A program made the position numbers and the translations under genes. From NCBI GenBank assembly GCA_032718475.1, contig JAUCBJ010001623.1, positions 1 through 55,451 of the forward strand: a stretch of DNA of 55,451 nucleotides, given 5' to 3'. The notes beneath the pieces were generated by a model, which did no database searches, was not told the DNA's origin, and saw only the letters and a program-made list of their open reading frames with translations. Positions 1-11,373 of this stretch are shown one piece after another. Within the stretch, counting starts at the first letter, position 1; each line of letters starts with the position of its first letter. This stretch comes from Nemertoderma westbladi (lineage: Eukaryota; Animalia; Xenacoelomorpha).

Positions 1-220
1 GTTACAAGTGAGTTACAGATCGGTGACGGGTGAGTTACAGATCGGTTACGGGTGAGTTACAGATCGGTTACAGGTGAGTTACAGATCGGTTACAGGTGAG
101 TTACAGATCGGTGACGGGTGAGTTACAGATCGGTTACGGGTGAGTTACAGATCGGTTACAGGTGAGTTACAGATCGGTTACAAGTGAGTTACAGCTCGGT
201 TTCAGGTGATTTACAGTTCG
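1..220. repeat. 22-bp minisatellite (GTGAGTTACAGATCGGTTACAG)n built from two related 11-mers; continues off the window start
   Basis: About 10 tandem copies readable directly, decaying after ~190. Confidence 0.95.
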
Positions 221-972
221 ATCACGATTGGGTTACTGAACTAGAGATAGATCCTCCTCAGGAATCATGTCGTGATTGACCTTTCTTAGAAGACATTTCC
301 TAATAAAATTAACTCTATTGTATCTAATTTGTTATTAAATGATCTCAAATATTTTTATTTACAGGTTTTTTGCAATTTTTGAACAAAAAATTTGTTTTTT
401 GGCTATTCTTAATTACGAAAAAATTTTTTCGACACATTTTTTCGTTCACATTTATATACAAGTAATTAATATTTAATAATTTTGAAATATGACATAGTAG
501 TAAAACGAAACCTTCTTTTATACAATCGTAATTTAAAGTTATATAACTTGATGGTAGGTGGCGCTACAGTATATCAAACGAAACCCCAATAAGTATAGAA
601 AACGTTACAACAGGTATGTGATTGTCATTTTTTCCCAGTGAGAATATTATTTATGGCTCGTCATCCATCTACTTCCATCTAAGGTATTTATCTGCTCAAT
701 CTGCTTACTTTCTTACTCAGGTTGATGCGTGGATTAAAACTAGGATGTCAGCTTGACAATGATATTATTATATTATTATCGGATTTGTTACTGACTCAGT
801 GAGTGGCGTGCCCCACCACATATATATTTTTTACTTTCATAATAATTTTTCATACTTAACATTTAGTACAGTGTAGTTTAATAGGGATTATTAAATCATA
901 GTGACACACTGTATAAGAGTGTATTTTATTATTATTTGTTAATTATTAATTTTATCATTCTGATAACTAATA

Positions 973-2283
973 ATGAAGATTGAACGTATATCTTGTTACC
1001 CAGTAACGCAGCCATTGCGCGGGGGCGGGGTTGTCCTTGGTGATGGTCGGGTTATCGATTGTTACCATAGCAACATTATAGAGATCAAGACGGATGGCGA
1101 TCTCATTGGCTATGGTGAGGGCTGCACGATTTCACCTCAGTACCTCCCAAGTTTCGGCGAAGCGGTTCGAGAAGGTTTCAAACTAATAGCTCCCGATTTA
1201 GTGGGAGACAACCCACTGCATATCGGATGCATCAATGATAAGATGGACAAGTTGCTAAAAGGAAACGGGTACATAAAGAATGGGATTGACTGCGCGCTAT
1301 GGGACATACTTGGAAAGGCCTGCGGCCAATCAGTGTGCACATTGTTGGGTGGTCCGTCTGGCAACTCGGTAGATCTGTATCGTATGCTCTGCAGTCATGT
1401 CCCATCCGATGAAATGCTACAACAAGTTGTCGGATTCAAATTAGAAGGTAAATTTTGTTAATCAATTTTTCCTTTAATATCAATATTATAGTATTTAGCT
1501 TTAGTAACCGTTCTACAATCCATTACAGGAATATGGTTTTATTTTTTCTCTATTTGTTAATAAAGATAAATAAGAAATTAAAGATAAATATATAAAGATA
1601 AATGTATTAATATTATATTGTTTAATTAAACACATTTAATTATCACCTCAGGTTTTAAAGTCTTTCAAATGAAATCAGGTTGCAGACAATGCGATATAGA
1701 TAGAGTGCGGAGCGTTCGAAATGCCTTGGATGATGACGACACATTGATAGTCGATGGGAATGGAAGTTGGATTCCGAGAGAAGCGAAAGAATTCGTCAAC
1801 AAAGTGGAAGATTTAAACATCTACATAGAGGAACCTTGTGGTACCTACGAACAGAACCTTTCTCTTCGACGCAAATGTAATTTACCTTTAATTCTTGACG
1901 AATCCATCGACACCATCCACCATCTCTCGCGGGCAGTCCGAGATGACGCTTGCGACGCCATCAATATGAAGATCGGTAAATGGGGAGGATTGACCCCTGC
2001 TCGAAAGGCTCGGGATTATTGCGTTGCTATGGGAGTTGCTATGACAATAGAGAACCTCGGTGGTGGGGATCTTGGAGATGCAGCTGTTGCCGCATTGGCC
2101 CATTCGACCAATAGTTCGTTGCGAGTTGCGATGCTGGATAGCAATTCGTTGTTAGAAGATAGTTTGGCGTTCGGTAAACCCTCAAGACAAGGAGCTATCA
2201 TTAAAGCTCCCACTGGTTTAGGGTTTGGAGTTGATATTGAGACTAGACATCTGTATAAACCTTACGCGGTGTATTCGGTTTAA
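973..2283 (+). CDS. Enolase-superfamily (mandelate racemase/muconate lactonizing) enzyme, HpbD / cis-3-hydroxy-L-proline dehydratase-like; exons 973-1447 and 1652-2283, 368 aa
   Basis: A phase-1 GT-AG intron at 1448-1651 (GAAG|GTAAAT ... CTCAG|GT) joins the two ORFs into LEGFKVFQMKSG. Motifs: GYGE, GIDCALWDILGK, QxK catalytic strand, metal ligands VDGN / EEP / LDE, second Lys in NMKIGKWGG, C-terminal GLGFGVD. Confidence 0.9.
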
Positions 2284-3218
2284 CTAACATACATTTTTCT
2301 GTGTTTTGGTTAACAAGGGATGTACATACATATTTTATGTTGGAATTTTCATATCAACGTATTTCTTGGTATGAACCAGATTTATTATTATGATGGATAT
2401 GTCACTCAATATGCCACGTAATTTAGATGTTTAATAATCAAATCTATGTGTCAGTTCCCTTATATTTTACATAAATAGTCGCCCCAAAAATATATCGATA
2501 ACAATAATTAATCACAGTATCTTCATTATGTGCCTCACATGCTAGTCTTGTCTTAGTTAGTAGTGTTTTAACTACAGTACAACTACATTACAGTAGGTTG
2601 TCCTAGCGTCTAGATATATACAGAGGTGAAATTCAGTTATCGTCCAGCTGTCCAACAGTATCCAATTAATTCTAACATACCATCCAGTCTATATGATAGG
2701 CCGTTTCATACTCTGCATTCTCCATCATTATATTGCATTACCTTGTCCGTACATCACATGTAATCTAGCTTCATCTACCTATCTATAATCGGTACAAGCC
2801 ATTAAATGCTGCCCATACTTTCCTCTTTCGTATTCGAGGATCTTCACCTCACTTCCAGATCCATGATACCAAGACACAGTATTTGTAAACAATGTAAATA
2901 CTTACGCAAATAACATACAAACAAACAAATACATACACGTTGTATGTGGGACATACAAAATTTAAAACCCTAAAACTTAAACTAAAATTACTCAAATCAT
3001 AAATGATTATTTTTGTTATTTTCATGGTAATTAACGCATACCCTAGAAAAAAATTATAAAATTTGGGATTCTTAAATGAAGCTTCATATGATTTCAAGAT
3101 ATGGAATATATGAGATTTCAGGGACGGTGAATTGTTTGTTCGTTCAGTAAGTGCCGGGTGTTCCATAATGATTGCCCCCCCCCCCCTGGCCAGCCAAAAC
3201 TGTCAGACATGCACCGTA

Positions 3219-3546
3219 GGCCCGACGCACACTTGAGATGCAAGATGCAATTTTTTTTAGAATACATTATTTCCTATCAGACCACGCACACTAGAGATGC
3301 AAGATGCAAAAAAGGACATCCTCGCCTCGATGTTCTATTTTTTGCATCTTGCATCTCGAATATAGAATACATGGTAGACTATCGGGAGGCCGTACACTAG
3401 AGATGCAAGATGCATAATAAATTCTTTGAAATATACATTAATATAATCAAAGTATAATATATAAAATAAAATACGATGCATCTTGCTTCTCTAGTGTACG
3501 TCGGGAACGATTATTTGCATCTTGCATCTCTAGTGTGCGGCGGGCC
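3219..3546. mobile_element. Non-autonomous MITE (PIF/Harbinger- or TA-targeting type)
   Basis: About 32-bp imperfect TIRs GGCCCGACGCACACTTGAGATGCAAGATGCAA / TTGCATCTTGCATCTCTAGTGTGCGGCGGGCC; flanks GTA and TTA; internal direct and inverted copies of CACTAGAGATGCAAGATGCA. Confidence 0.75.
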
Positions 3547-3552
3547 TTAGTG

Positions 3553-3883
3553 TGTAACGACACGATCTAAAATAACTTTATAAGAATAATTTCACAGTCG
3601 ATTAATTTGATATGTATGAATCGTATACTGCATGACAGGCGGTTTACTTTGTAGGAAAACTGTCTTGAGTTCGGGTGGTCTCATTCGAGGATAAATATAA
3701 AAGTAGACAGAAGCATGTTAGAAGATATACTGTAGCAGAGTTGAGAAATAAAATACTAAGTATTGGTTATTAGGAGACTTAAAGGTAGTAAGAAAAGTAA
3801 CTTTAGAGAAATACAATAATTGATGGCCAGATAACAAATAAAAACTCTTTATTATAAATACAATTGACGTGTATATCGTCATA
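3553..3883 (+). repeat. 5' LTR of the gypsy element (331 bp)
   Basis: Direct repeat of 9381-9660 with two longer internal segments. Confidence 0.93.
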
Positions 3884-3884
3884 G

Positions 3885-3902
3885 TGGTGACCCGGACGAG
3901 AT
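3885..3902 (+). promoter_or_regulatory. Primer-binding site complementary to tRNA-Trp
   Basis: TGGTGACCCGGACGAGAT lies 1 nt after the LTR and matches 16/18 of the tRNA-Trp PBS TGGTGACCCCGACGTGAT known from avian retroviruses. Confidence 0.8.
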
Positions 3903-3908
3903 CAACTA

Positions 3909-4757
3909 ATGGATAACGACGAAGAACTACAGAACGTCCTTCCAAACGATGTTGAGGGTAATCCACATCAATTATTACGAGTCTCAATAAAACCGTCAGT
4001 ATTTTTTCGAACTAATCCAACTGTATGGTTTCGTCTACTGGAATCGCAATTCGCCCTAGCAACGATCACCAATGAAACAACAAAATTTCAACACATCCTC
4101 GCCAATCTCCCAGAAGATGTCGCACTCAATGTGTCCCCAACGATAAATACCTACGAAGAGATCAAAGGACAGATCATTAAACTCTACCAAAAAACTAAGT
4201 CAGAACTTTTGGAAGAAGCATTGGGTAACGTCACATTAGATGGACAAAAACCATCTCTTGTTTTTTCTCAGGATAAAACGGAAATTGAGTGAATGTAATT
4301 TAACTGTAGACGACGAACTTGTTCGACACAAATTACTCCAAGCCCTACCAGTTTCTGTACGACCATCTTTAGCTGCACATCAGAAACTTCCTCCAGATGA
4401 GTTTGCTGCTCTTGCAGATACTATTCTGTAACTCACAAATGAACAACCTGCTCCACATGTAACAACGAACCTAATTATAACCAAAACACAAACTTTCCCA
4501 ACTTCAATGAACCCAGCCGCATGTTTCGACTCTTGCCTAGCGGGAACGTTACGAACAATCACAACCCCAACCAAACATCACAAGGTTCCATGTTTCCCTT
4601 TTCGGCTGGACAGAAACCAAAGGTGTGCCGTTTTCACGTATACTATGGCGACAGAGCAAAAAACTGCAAGAACTGGTGCGGCTGGCCCGGTAGTAAACCA
4701 CCACTGGCACCATCCTCTCGTAAACCGTTGCATTCAAACTCACCTTCGGAAAACTAG
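3909..4757 (+). pseudogene. gag: Gypsy gag, broken by frameshifts (one near 4260) and a stop at 4429-4431
   Basis: N-terminal FFRTNPTVWFRLLESQF...ITNETTKF motif and C-terminal CRFHVYYGDRAKNCKNWCGW Cys/His motif, split over three ORF pieces. Confidence 0.85.
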
Positions 4758-4803
4758 GCACCCTCAGGGTTAATGCAGCACACACTGAGGGTAATAATGC
4801 TGC
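4748..4803 (+). promoter_or_regulatory. Candidate -1 ribosomal frameshift signal (G GAA AAC plus H-type pseudoknot)
   Basis: The heptamer 4748-4754 sits directly before the gag TAG. Stem 1 is ACCCTCAG (4760-4767) with CTGAGGGT (4785-4792); stem 2 is GCAGCA (4775-4780) with TGCTGC (4798-4803). The -1 frame is open into the protease FLIDTGS. Confidence 0.8.
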
Positions 4804-7800
4804 CGTATTTTTACTCACCGCAGCAATACTCAACGGTGTCGTATCGCAATCAACAAACTTTCTAATTGACACGGGATCACAAGTCAGTGTTATTAGGACT
4901 GAAGTAGTAAAAGACTCCGTGTGGCAATTAACTCTAATGAAACTCACCACGGCATCTGGATCACTTCTCAAAGTTTACGGCAAAATAACAATAACTATTT
5001 CTCTACTTCGCCGAAATTTTCCATGGACATTTTATATCGCAAACGTTGACCAAAATATTATTGGTTTAGATTTTCTATCGCATTTCGGAATGATTCTCGA
5101 CTGTAAAAATAAAATAATCGTAGATAATGAAACAAAACTCAGGCAAACGCTCAATAACTCTTCTGCTCAAAGTCAAAATATTATGGAAGTGACAAGTTCT
5201 CAAGATAAACCTCGACTGGAGAACCTACTGAACGATTTCTCCGATGTTTTTAACCATGATACAGCTTTCATGGGTCCGCCTGTGTCCGACACTGTTCATC
5301 ACATGATCACAGCTGATATTCAACCATTAGCTTCTAAACCTAGACAACTCAGTAGTGAGAAACTAATCATAGCGAAAGACGTATTTAAAGATCTCCAAGA
5401 TAAAGGCATAATACTTGGCCCTTCCAGCAGTCCTTGGGCGGCCCCTCTGCATATGGCCCCTAAAAAGAATACCACAGACCAATGGAGACCATGTGGCGAT
5501 TATTGTGCACTCAACAGAGTGACTCAACCCGATCGCTACCCAGTCCCTCATATCCACCACTTTAACCAGAATCTCAAAGGTAAAACAATATTTAGTAAGC
5601 TAGATCTCGTTCGTGCTTACAACCAGATCGCAGTTGCTGAATCAGATATACAAAAAACAGCCGTAATAACACCATTTGGTCTCTATGAATTCCTAAGAAT
5701 GCCATATGGACTCAAAAACGCTGGTCAAACCTTCCAACGTCGAATGGACACAGCTTTAGGCGACCTAGATTTCTCCTATGTATTCTTCAACGATATTTTA
5801 GTTTTATCAACGACTATTGAACAACACTATCTTGACCTACAAACGATTTTTCAACGCATATCTAACTGTAATTTAAAAGTTAACTTGTCCAAGTGCAAAT
5901 GGTTCCAAACAGAAATATAATTTCTGGGTTTTCAAGTATCTGAAATTGGAATTAAACCCCCAGCAGTCAGAGTGGCTGCGCTCACAGCATTGCCCATGCC
6001 CACAAACTACCCAGAACTATGTCGAATAATGGGAATATTCAATTTCTACAGAAGACATATTCCCCAATTCAGTATACTATGTCATCCCCTCCAAATATTA
6101 CTCAACAACGCACAACCTAATAAACGCAAACTTCCACAACTTCCTTTTAATGAACAGCAATGGACACAGGAGCATTCAACGGCTTTCCAAGCCCTTGAAC
6201 ACGCTCTAGCCAAAGCTGTTCTTCTCCATCACCCATCCACAGTTGATACACCTTTAATCATCACCACGGATGCTTCCAACATCGCTCTCGGTGGCTCACT
6301 ACAGGAAGTAAATTCATCAGCAGAGTCCAACCCAATCGGATTCTACTCTCGCAGACTTAGTAAAAAAGAATCAACGTGGTCAACATTCGATCGCGAATTG
6401 CTAGCTGCATATCAAACCACCTTACATTATAGGGATATTATAGAAGGAAGAACAGTGACTATTTACACCGACCACAAACCACTTGCCCTCGCATTTAATA
6501 AACCAAACAGCATATCACCACGGCAGAATCGTCATTTATCCTTTCTTGCAGAATACATTGTGACAATATAGAATATATTCCTGGAGATACCAATGTGGTG
6601 GCAGATACTCTCTCAAGAAACATCGCAGCTATACAAATAGACGGTCTCAGTATTGATGACATCGCAACTGCTCAGGCTAATACTCCTAATATTAAAGATG
6701 TCAAGAACTCTTTCAAACTGAAACTGTATACCACAGCAACAGGAAAACAACTTCTATGCGACATATCTACTACACAACCACGACCAATTGTACCAAAGGA
6801 ACTTCAACATTTGATATTTGTGCAATTTCACAATCTCGCACACCCAGGAATCAAATCAACAATAAGATTAATAACTGATAGATATATTTGGCCCAACGCT
6901 CGTCGTATGATAACAAACTGGTGTCGCACATGTATTCCATGTCAAACTTCAAAAATCCAAATTCACACAAAGGCCCCACTTCGACAATTTCCTCTGACTG
7001 ACCGTTTCAGCCATGTACACATCGATATTGTTGGACCATTACCACCTGGAGACAACCACTCATATCGTTACATTGTATCTATGATAGACCGCAACACCAG
7101 GTGGGTGGAAGCAGTTCCTATACAATCCCAGACTGCAGAGGCAACTGCAACTGCATTCGCAGATGCATGGTTTTCACGCTTTGGCGTCCCACTCCATTTA
7201 ACATCTGACTGTGGAAAGCAATTTGAATCAGAGCTCCTTGCTGAACTGTCAAAACTCATAGGATTTTACCGACTACGAACCACATCCTACCATCCGCAAT
7301 CAAATGGCAAAATTGAACGATTCCATCGAACATTAAAAGCCGGTTTAAAAAGCCGGAAAAGCGATTGGTTATCCTCCCTGCCTATCATCCTATTCAGCCA
7401 TCGCATAACACCTTCGCATATCACTGGAATTTCGCCTTTTGAATTAGTTACTGGAACCCTACCACTTCTACCAGCAAGTATCATCGTCCCTACAGACACA
7501 ACCTATAACTGGGAATTTGTATTCAAACTACATAAACACATAACTGAATTAGGTTTCATAGCACAATCGGCAACATTAAACCAACGAGACGCAAATACTT
7601 CCATCAAAACGCATATCCCAGCAGCACTTCAACAATGTGATAAAGTATTTGTTCGTATAGATCGAATAAGAAAACCACTCGAAGCCCCTTACCAAGGACC
7701 ATTTAAGGTTCTGGAGCGAAACAATAAGTATTACAAACTATTAACACCCAGCGGCGACCAAGACATATCAATAGATCGTTTGAAACCCTACCTCATACCG

Positions 7801-7929
7801 CCGACCACAATAAAAAATAGAAAAAATTCCCCAAACTCAACATCCTCCGATTCGCACACAACAACCTCAACAGGAATCGACCAAACCAGTTGTGACATTA
7901 AATCACAACCCCAAGCAGACACAAACTCA
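4754..7929 (+). pseudogene. pol: Gypsy pol (protease, RT, RNase H, integrase), inactivated
   Basis: Protease DTG at 4868; RT motifs [25 protein letters not shown], with YxDD decayed to FFND; stop at 5918-5920; RNase H TTDAS / DRELLA; frameshift near 6570; integrase HHCC, HIDIVG, SDCG, GKIERFHR, GPF. Confidence 0.92.
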
Positions 7930-9278
7930 TACACGTTCGTGGGGCCTTCGCGCAGGATGAGGCCCAGTTATGAGATACAAATTAAAATTGAGTGACTGTA
8001 TCACAAAATCAGTATTTGAGAAATTTAACCATACCGACGATCAATCAAAGAAAGGGGGACAGTACGTGTTCAGCCCTTTTGATCTGCACCCCCCCCCCCC
8101 CCCCTTCCTACCAACCAATACATAACCGCGACATCTACCACCCAAGGTGCGGAAGGGTAGCACAAACTTATTTCCAATCACACGTTCAATATGCGAAGCC
8201 ATGTGGTTTATAGGAAATATGGAGAATTCGAGAAAATCGAGAATACGAGAAACTCGATCGAAATACCTGCTCATCCCAGTAGGCCTATCCATCCATAGTC
8301 ACCGGATAGCTGCGGTTTATTCCCGTAGAACAGTAGAATTCCTGCAGCTTCCAACCCAATTCGACAACGAATTCGCCTCACACTTTCGCGTGGCAGAGAA
8401 CGTAATCCGGTGCGATACACGTCTGCCCGACTTTCAACAATTTCCCCCAGGCGATCCCAGGATCCGGCTATCCAGGCCGCCGCTAAACCCAAATCGCAAT
8501 CCTCGTCGATTCGTCCAGTCATCGAAGTAAGTCGGACTCTTCCCACCACTCTCCAAGGTGGGTGGCTTGTGTGAGGCATGAGGAACTTGGCAGTAGTGGC
8601 CCGCATTATTACGATCCGACTGACCGCCGTATTCCCAGTGTAGTAAATATAATCTTACTGACAAGCAAGCAATTCCGTAGTATTTATTCCTCAGTTAATC
8701 GCATCTTGATGCCACTCCGCTGCTCGGGTCCAGATACATCTGACTGTCGGAAGCGTTTCAAACAGTAATCGAGCGGCATTTGCGGATATTTCCGATGGTT
8801 TTATAATAAATAAGGGGATTCAATGTTAAAATAAGAGGCTGAATGGATTATTCCAAAGCCCAATAACAGTATATAGCTTCTGAGCTTAGGTACAGTTTAC
8901 AGGTTTAGGTACCATAATCAGTAGTCAGCCTACAATAATTTTGAACCTGTAGTCTCCTAGCAACCAGCTGATGCCAAGCCTAATAATTTTTGGGTAGATT
9001 AATTTATTATAACTGTAAGACAGTTACACAGATGCTGCACGAAGACCCCACGCAAATTCAACTTGGAAAATTTCTAAACTTTTGCCAGACTACATGTGTA
9101 CCAAGTTTGGATCTATTTTATCGAGATTTGGCTGAGTTATTAACGTTTAAAATTGGACACGACAGATCGACAGAACAACAGAACAACAGAACAACAAATC
9201 GACAGATCAACAGACACACCGATTGAGTTAGTGGTACCTGTATGCTAAGCTCGCTTACTTTCGTTGCTCGACCCACAA
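7930..9278 (+). mobile_element. Helitron/Helentron-like non-autonomous insertion inside the gypsy pol 3' end
   Basis: The 5' end TACACGTTCGTGGGGCCTTCGCGCAG is identical to 46327. The 3' end TATGCTAAG-CTCGCTTAC...GCTCGACCCACA resembles 46570-46610, 22359-22397 and 24911-24950(-). A gypsy-type tail (ISTRSGKKV) resumes at ~9281. The superfamily call is inferred. Confidence 0.65.
8236..8805 (-). pseudogene. Captured, degenerate aldehyde dehydrogenase family 3 (ALDH3) fragment
   Basis: Across frameshifts the minus strand reads KPSEISANAARLLFETLP..YLDP..TTELL..DYIYYTGNTAV..TLESGGKSPTYFD..EDCDL..IAWGKLLKVGQTCIAPDYVLC..EFY..FYGNKPQLSGDYG..RYFDRV, collinear with the ALDH3 catalytic core. Confidence 0.88.
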
Positions 9279-9380
9279 TACGATTTCAACAAGAAGTGGG
9301 AAGAAAGTTGTTCACTTTAAACCTCCTTAATTCTTAGATAATCATTATATGAGGAACTCCGTTTTCGGCTGGGGGAGTTC

Positions 9381-9660
9381 TGTAACGATGACACGATCTA
9401 AAATAACTTTATAAGAATAATTTTACAGTCGATTAATTTGATAGCAAATTAATGACTTTGTAGGAAAACTGTCTGAGTTCGGGTGGTCTCATTCGAGTAT
9501 AAATATAAAAGTAGACAGAAGCATGTTAGAAGATATACTGTAGTTATTAGGAGACTTAAAGGTTGTAAGAAAAGTAACTTTAGAGAAATACAATAATTGA
9601 TGGCCAGATAACAAATAAAAACTCTTTATTATAAATACAATTGACTTGTATATCGTCATA
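9381..9660 (+). repeat. 3' LTR of the gypsy element (280 bp)
   Basis: Direct repeat of 3553-3883, followed by the TSD AGTG. Confidence 0.93.
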
Positions 9661-9716
9661 AGTGTAATATACCATTCGAAAGAGAATTTAATTCTGAGCT
9701 TGCTTGCAAATATTTA

Positions 9717-10300
9717 GGGTCCAATACAAATGTATAAAATTTTTATAGGCAATTCTTTAAACCTATCTTACTTTTCAATATTTGTGATTTAATCACAATT
9801 TAAAAAATATAATTTATCCAGCGTTAGTCATCATATATATAGCCATCACGGGGAGCTCTTCGATAGTGGCAAAGGATGTAGGCCCTTAAAAGGGCCGTTT
9901 TGGTTTGAGTTCAGTTTGATAATGCCACAGAATCACGACCCTCTCTAAAAGTAACATCTCTGATCCTTAACTCAACCTTAACCTCAACCTTAAGTTTTTC
10001 TTCAGAGTCATCGAAGATTGCACTGGAACTTGTCATTTTAATTACTTCTGTTAGGCCTAATTCAGTAAATTTACCAAAGAAACACTAATACCGATAACTG
10101 AATACTGTAATATATTGGAATACAGCAAAAGTCAGGAAGTAATAACTGTTTAAACAGGGCTGCAACATGCAAAGCTGATGCCTAACACTGGATAAATTAT
10201 ATTTTTTTAAAATTGTGATTAAATAACAAATATTGAAAAGTAAGATAGGTTTAAAGAATTGCCTACAAAATTTTTATACCGTTGTATTGGACCCACCCGG
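9717..10300. mobile_element. MITE/foldback with ~115-bp terminal inverted repeats
   Basis: 9717-9832 is the near reverse complement of 10176-10294; the right end runs ...CACCCGG then TA, as in Tc1/mariner termini. Confidence 0.8.
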
Positions 10301-11373
10301 TACATGGAACACCCGGTACATTCAATAGATTCCAATTTTGTGATGTGCCAATATTATGGTGCCCATCACAAATTTAGGGCCTGGTATATTATATATTTCA
10401 CTGTAAAATGTTTATTTCATAGCATTTTTATCGGAGGTTTCTGTTATGCTATATTTGAATGGCATAAAATACAAAGCATCTAACTTTGACGACGTAATGC
10501 CATATTTTCCATCTGGACCTGTGGATCTTAATAGTAATCGAATTAATCTTTTATTTCAACACAATGAAGATTAAGCATGAATGCCCTGAAGAGCTAGGAG
10601 TTGGGCTTCTGATGCACCTGTACAAAGGGAACGCAATGGCAATAGAGATATCTGTTCACAAAAACTATCGTGCCGTGACAATTATTCCGGCTGTAGCGAA
10701 GATATGAGAGCACATAATCTTAGCATATTTGAATCTTGCATCTACCGGTTTGTACTTTAGTTCTAAATTAAATGTTAAATCTTCAGTTCTAAACCAAACG
10801 TCAGTTGTTCTATCTAATCACCAATCAGGACGTCAGTACATAGTTCCAAACGCAATGACAGAAATCGCTAAGTTAATATTATGTCTACAAATTACAGTAA
10901 GAGATACTGTAATTAGCAACCATGATTGATTGTGGTTGTTTATACGTGGGTTGGTTACACTTCGAACGGTAGTGTATAAAACAAAGACCGCAGGCTGTAT
11001 AAAAGGCAGAGTTTGAAAGACAAGTCATAGAAGTCAAGCTTCCTCCATTCGTATCTGTACAGAGTTCATTCCAAAGAAAAAGGTGAATGATAAATCCAAA
11101 GGTTGAAGACATTTTTCATATTCCCCCTGCCTTGAAGCTGACCCATAGAGGACGCTTCGCCAATCCTGGTGATGTCTGGCAGAACGAAGTAATACTTAGT
11201 TACAGTCCAGAACAGCCGGATGAACTAAAGGTGATAACTTTGTCTAGGGTTGCGGATATTAGGCGGTTGCAGGTTTCGCGCTTGATGGTAATTTTAAATA
11301 CCAACCAATCGTTCCATTTCCATTCGCTCAGTTGTATACCATCCACGGCTTCGTTCCTGACAAGAATCTTAAC

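Larger units (their letters stand above)
3553..9660 (+). mobile_element. Ty3/gypsy LTR retrotransposon, full length but inactivated
   Basis: LTRs 3553-3883 and 9381-9660 (TGTAACGA...TCGTCATA); 4-bp TSD AGTG at 3549-3552 and 9661-9664; PBS 3885-3902; purine tract GGGGGAG before the 3' LTR; gag-PR-RT-RH-IN order. Confidence 0.95.

Noticed and set aside
600-730. Possible 5'-UTR intron (CAG|GTATGT near 613; CTCAG| at 720) of the enolase-family gene
   Set aside because: Splice-like motifs alone are not enough without transcript data.
973-2283. Bacterial contamination, or two separate genes
   Set aside because: A canonical intron joins the halves in frame, and the flanks are AT-rich eukaryotic DNA.
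7992-8768. Short ORFs as an env-like third gene of the gypsy element
   Set aside because: The region is a foreign insertion containing antisense ALDH3 remnants; no signal peptide or TM env pattern.
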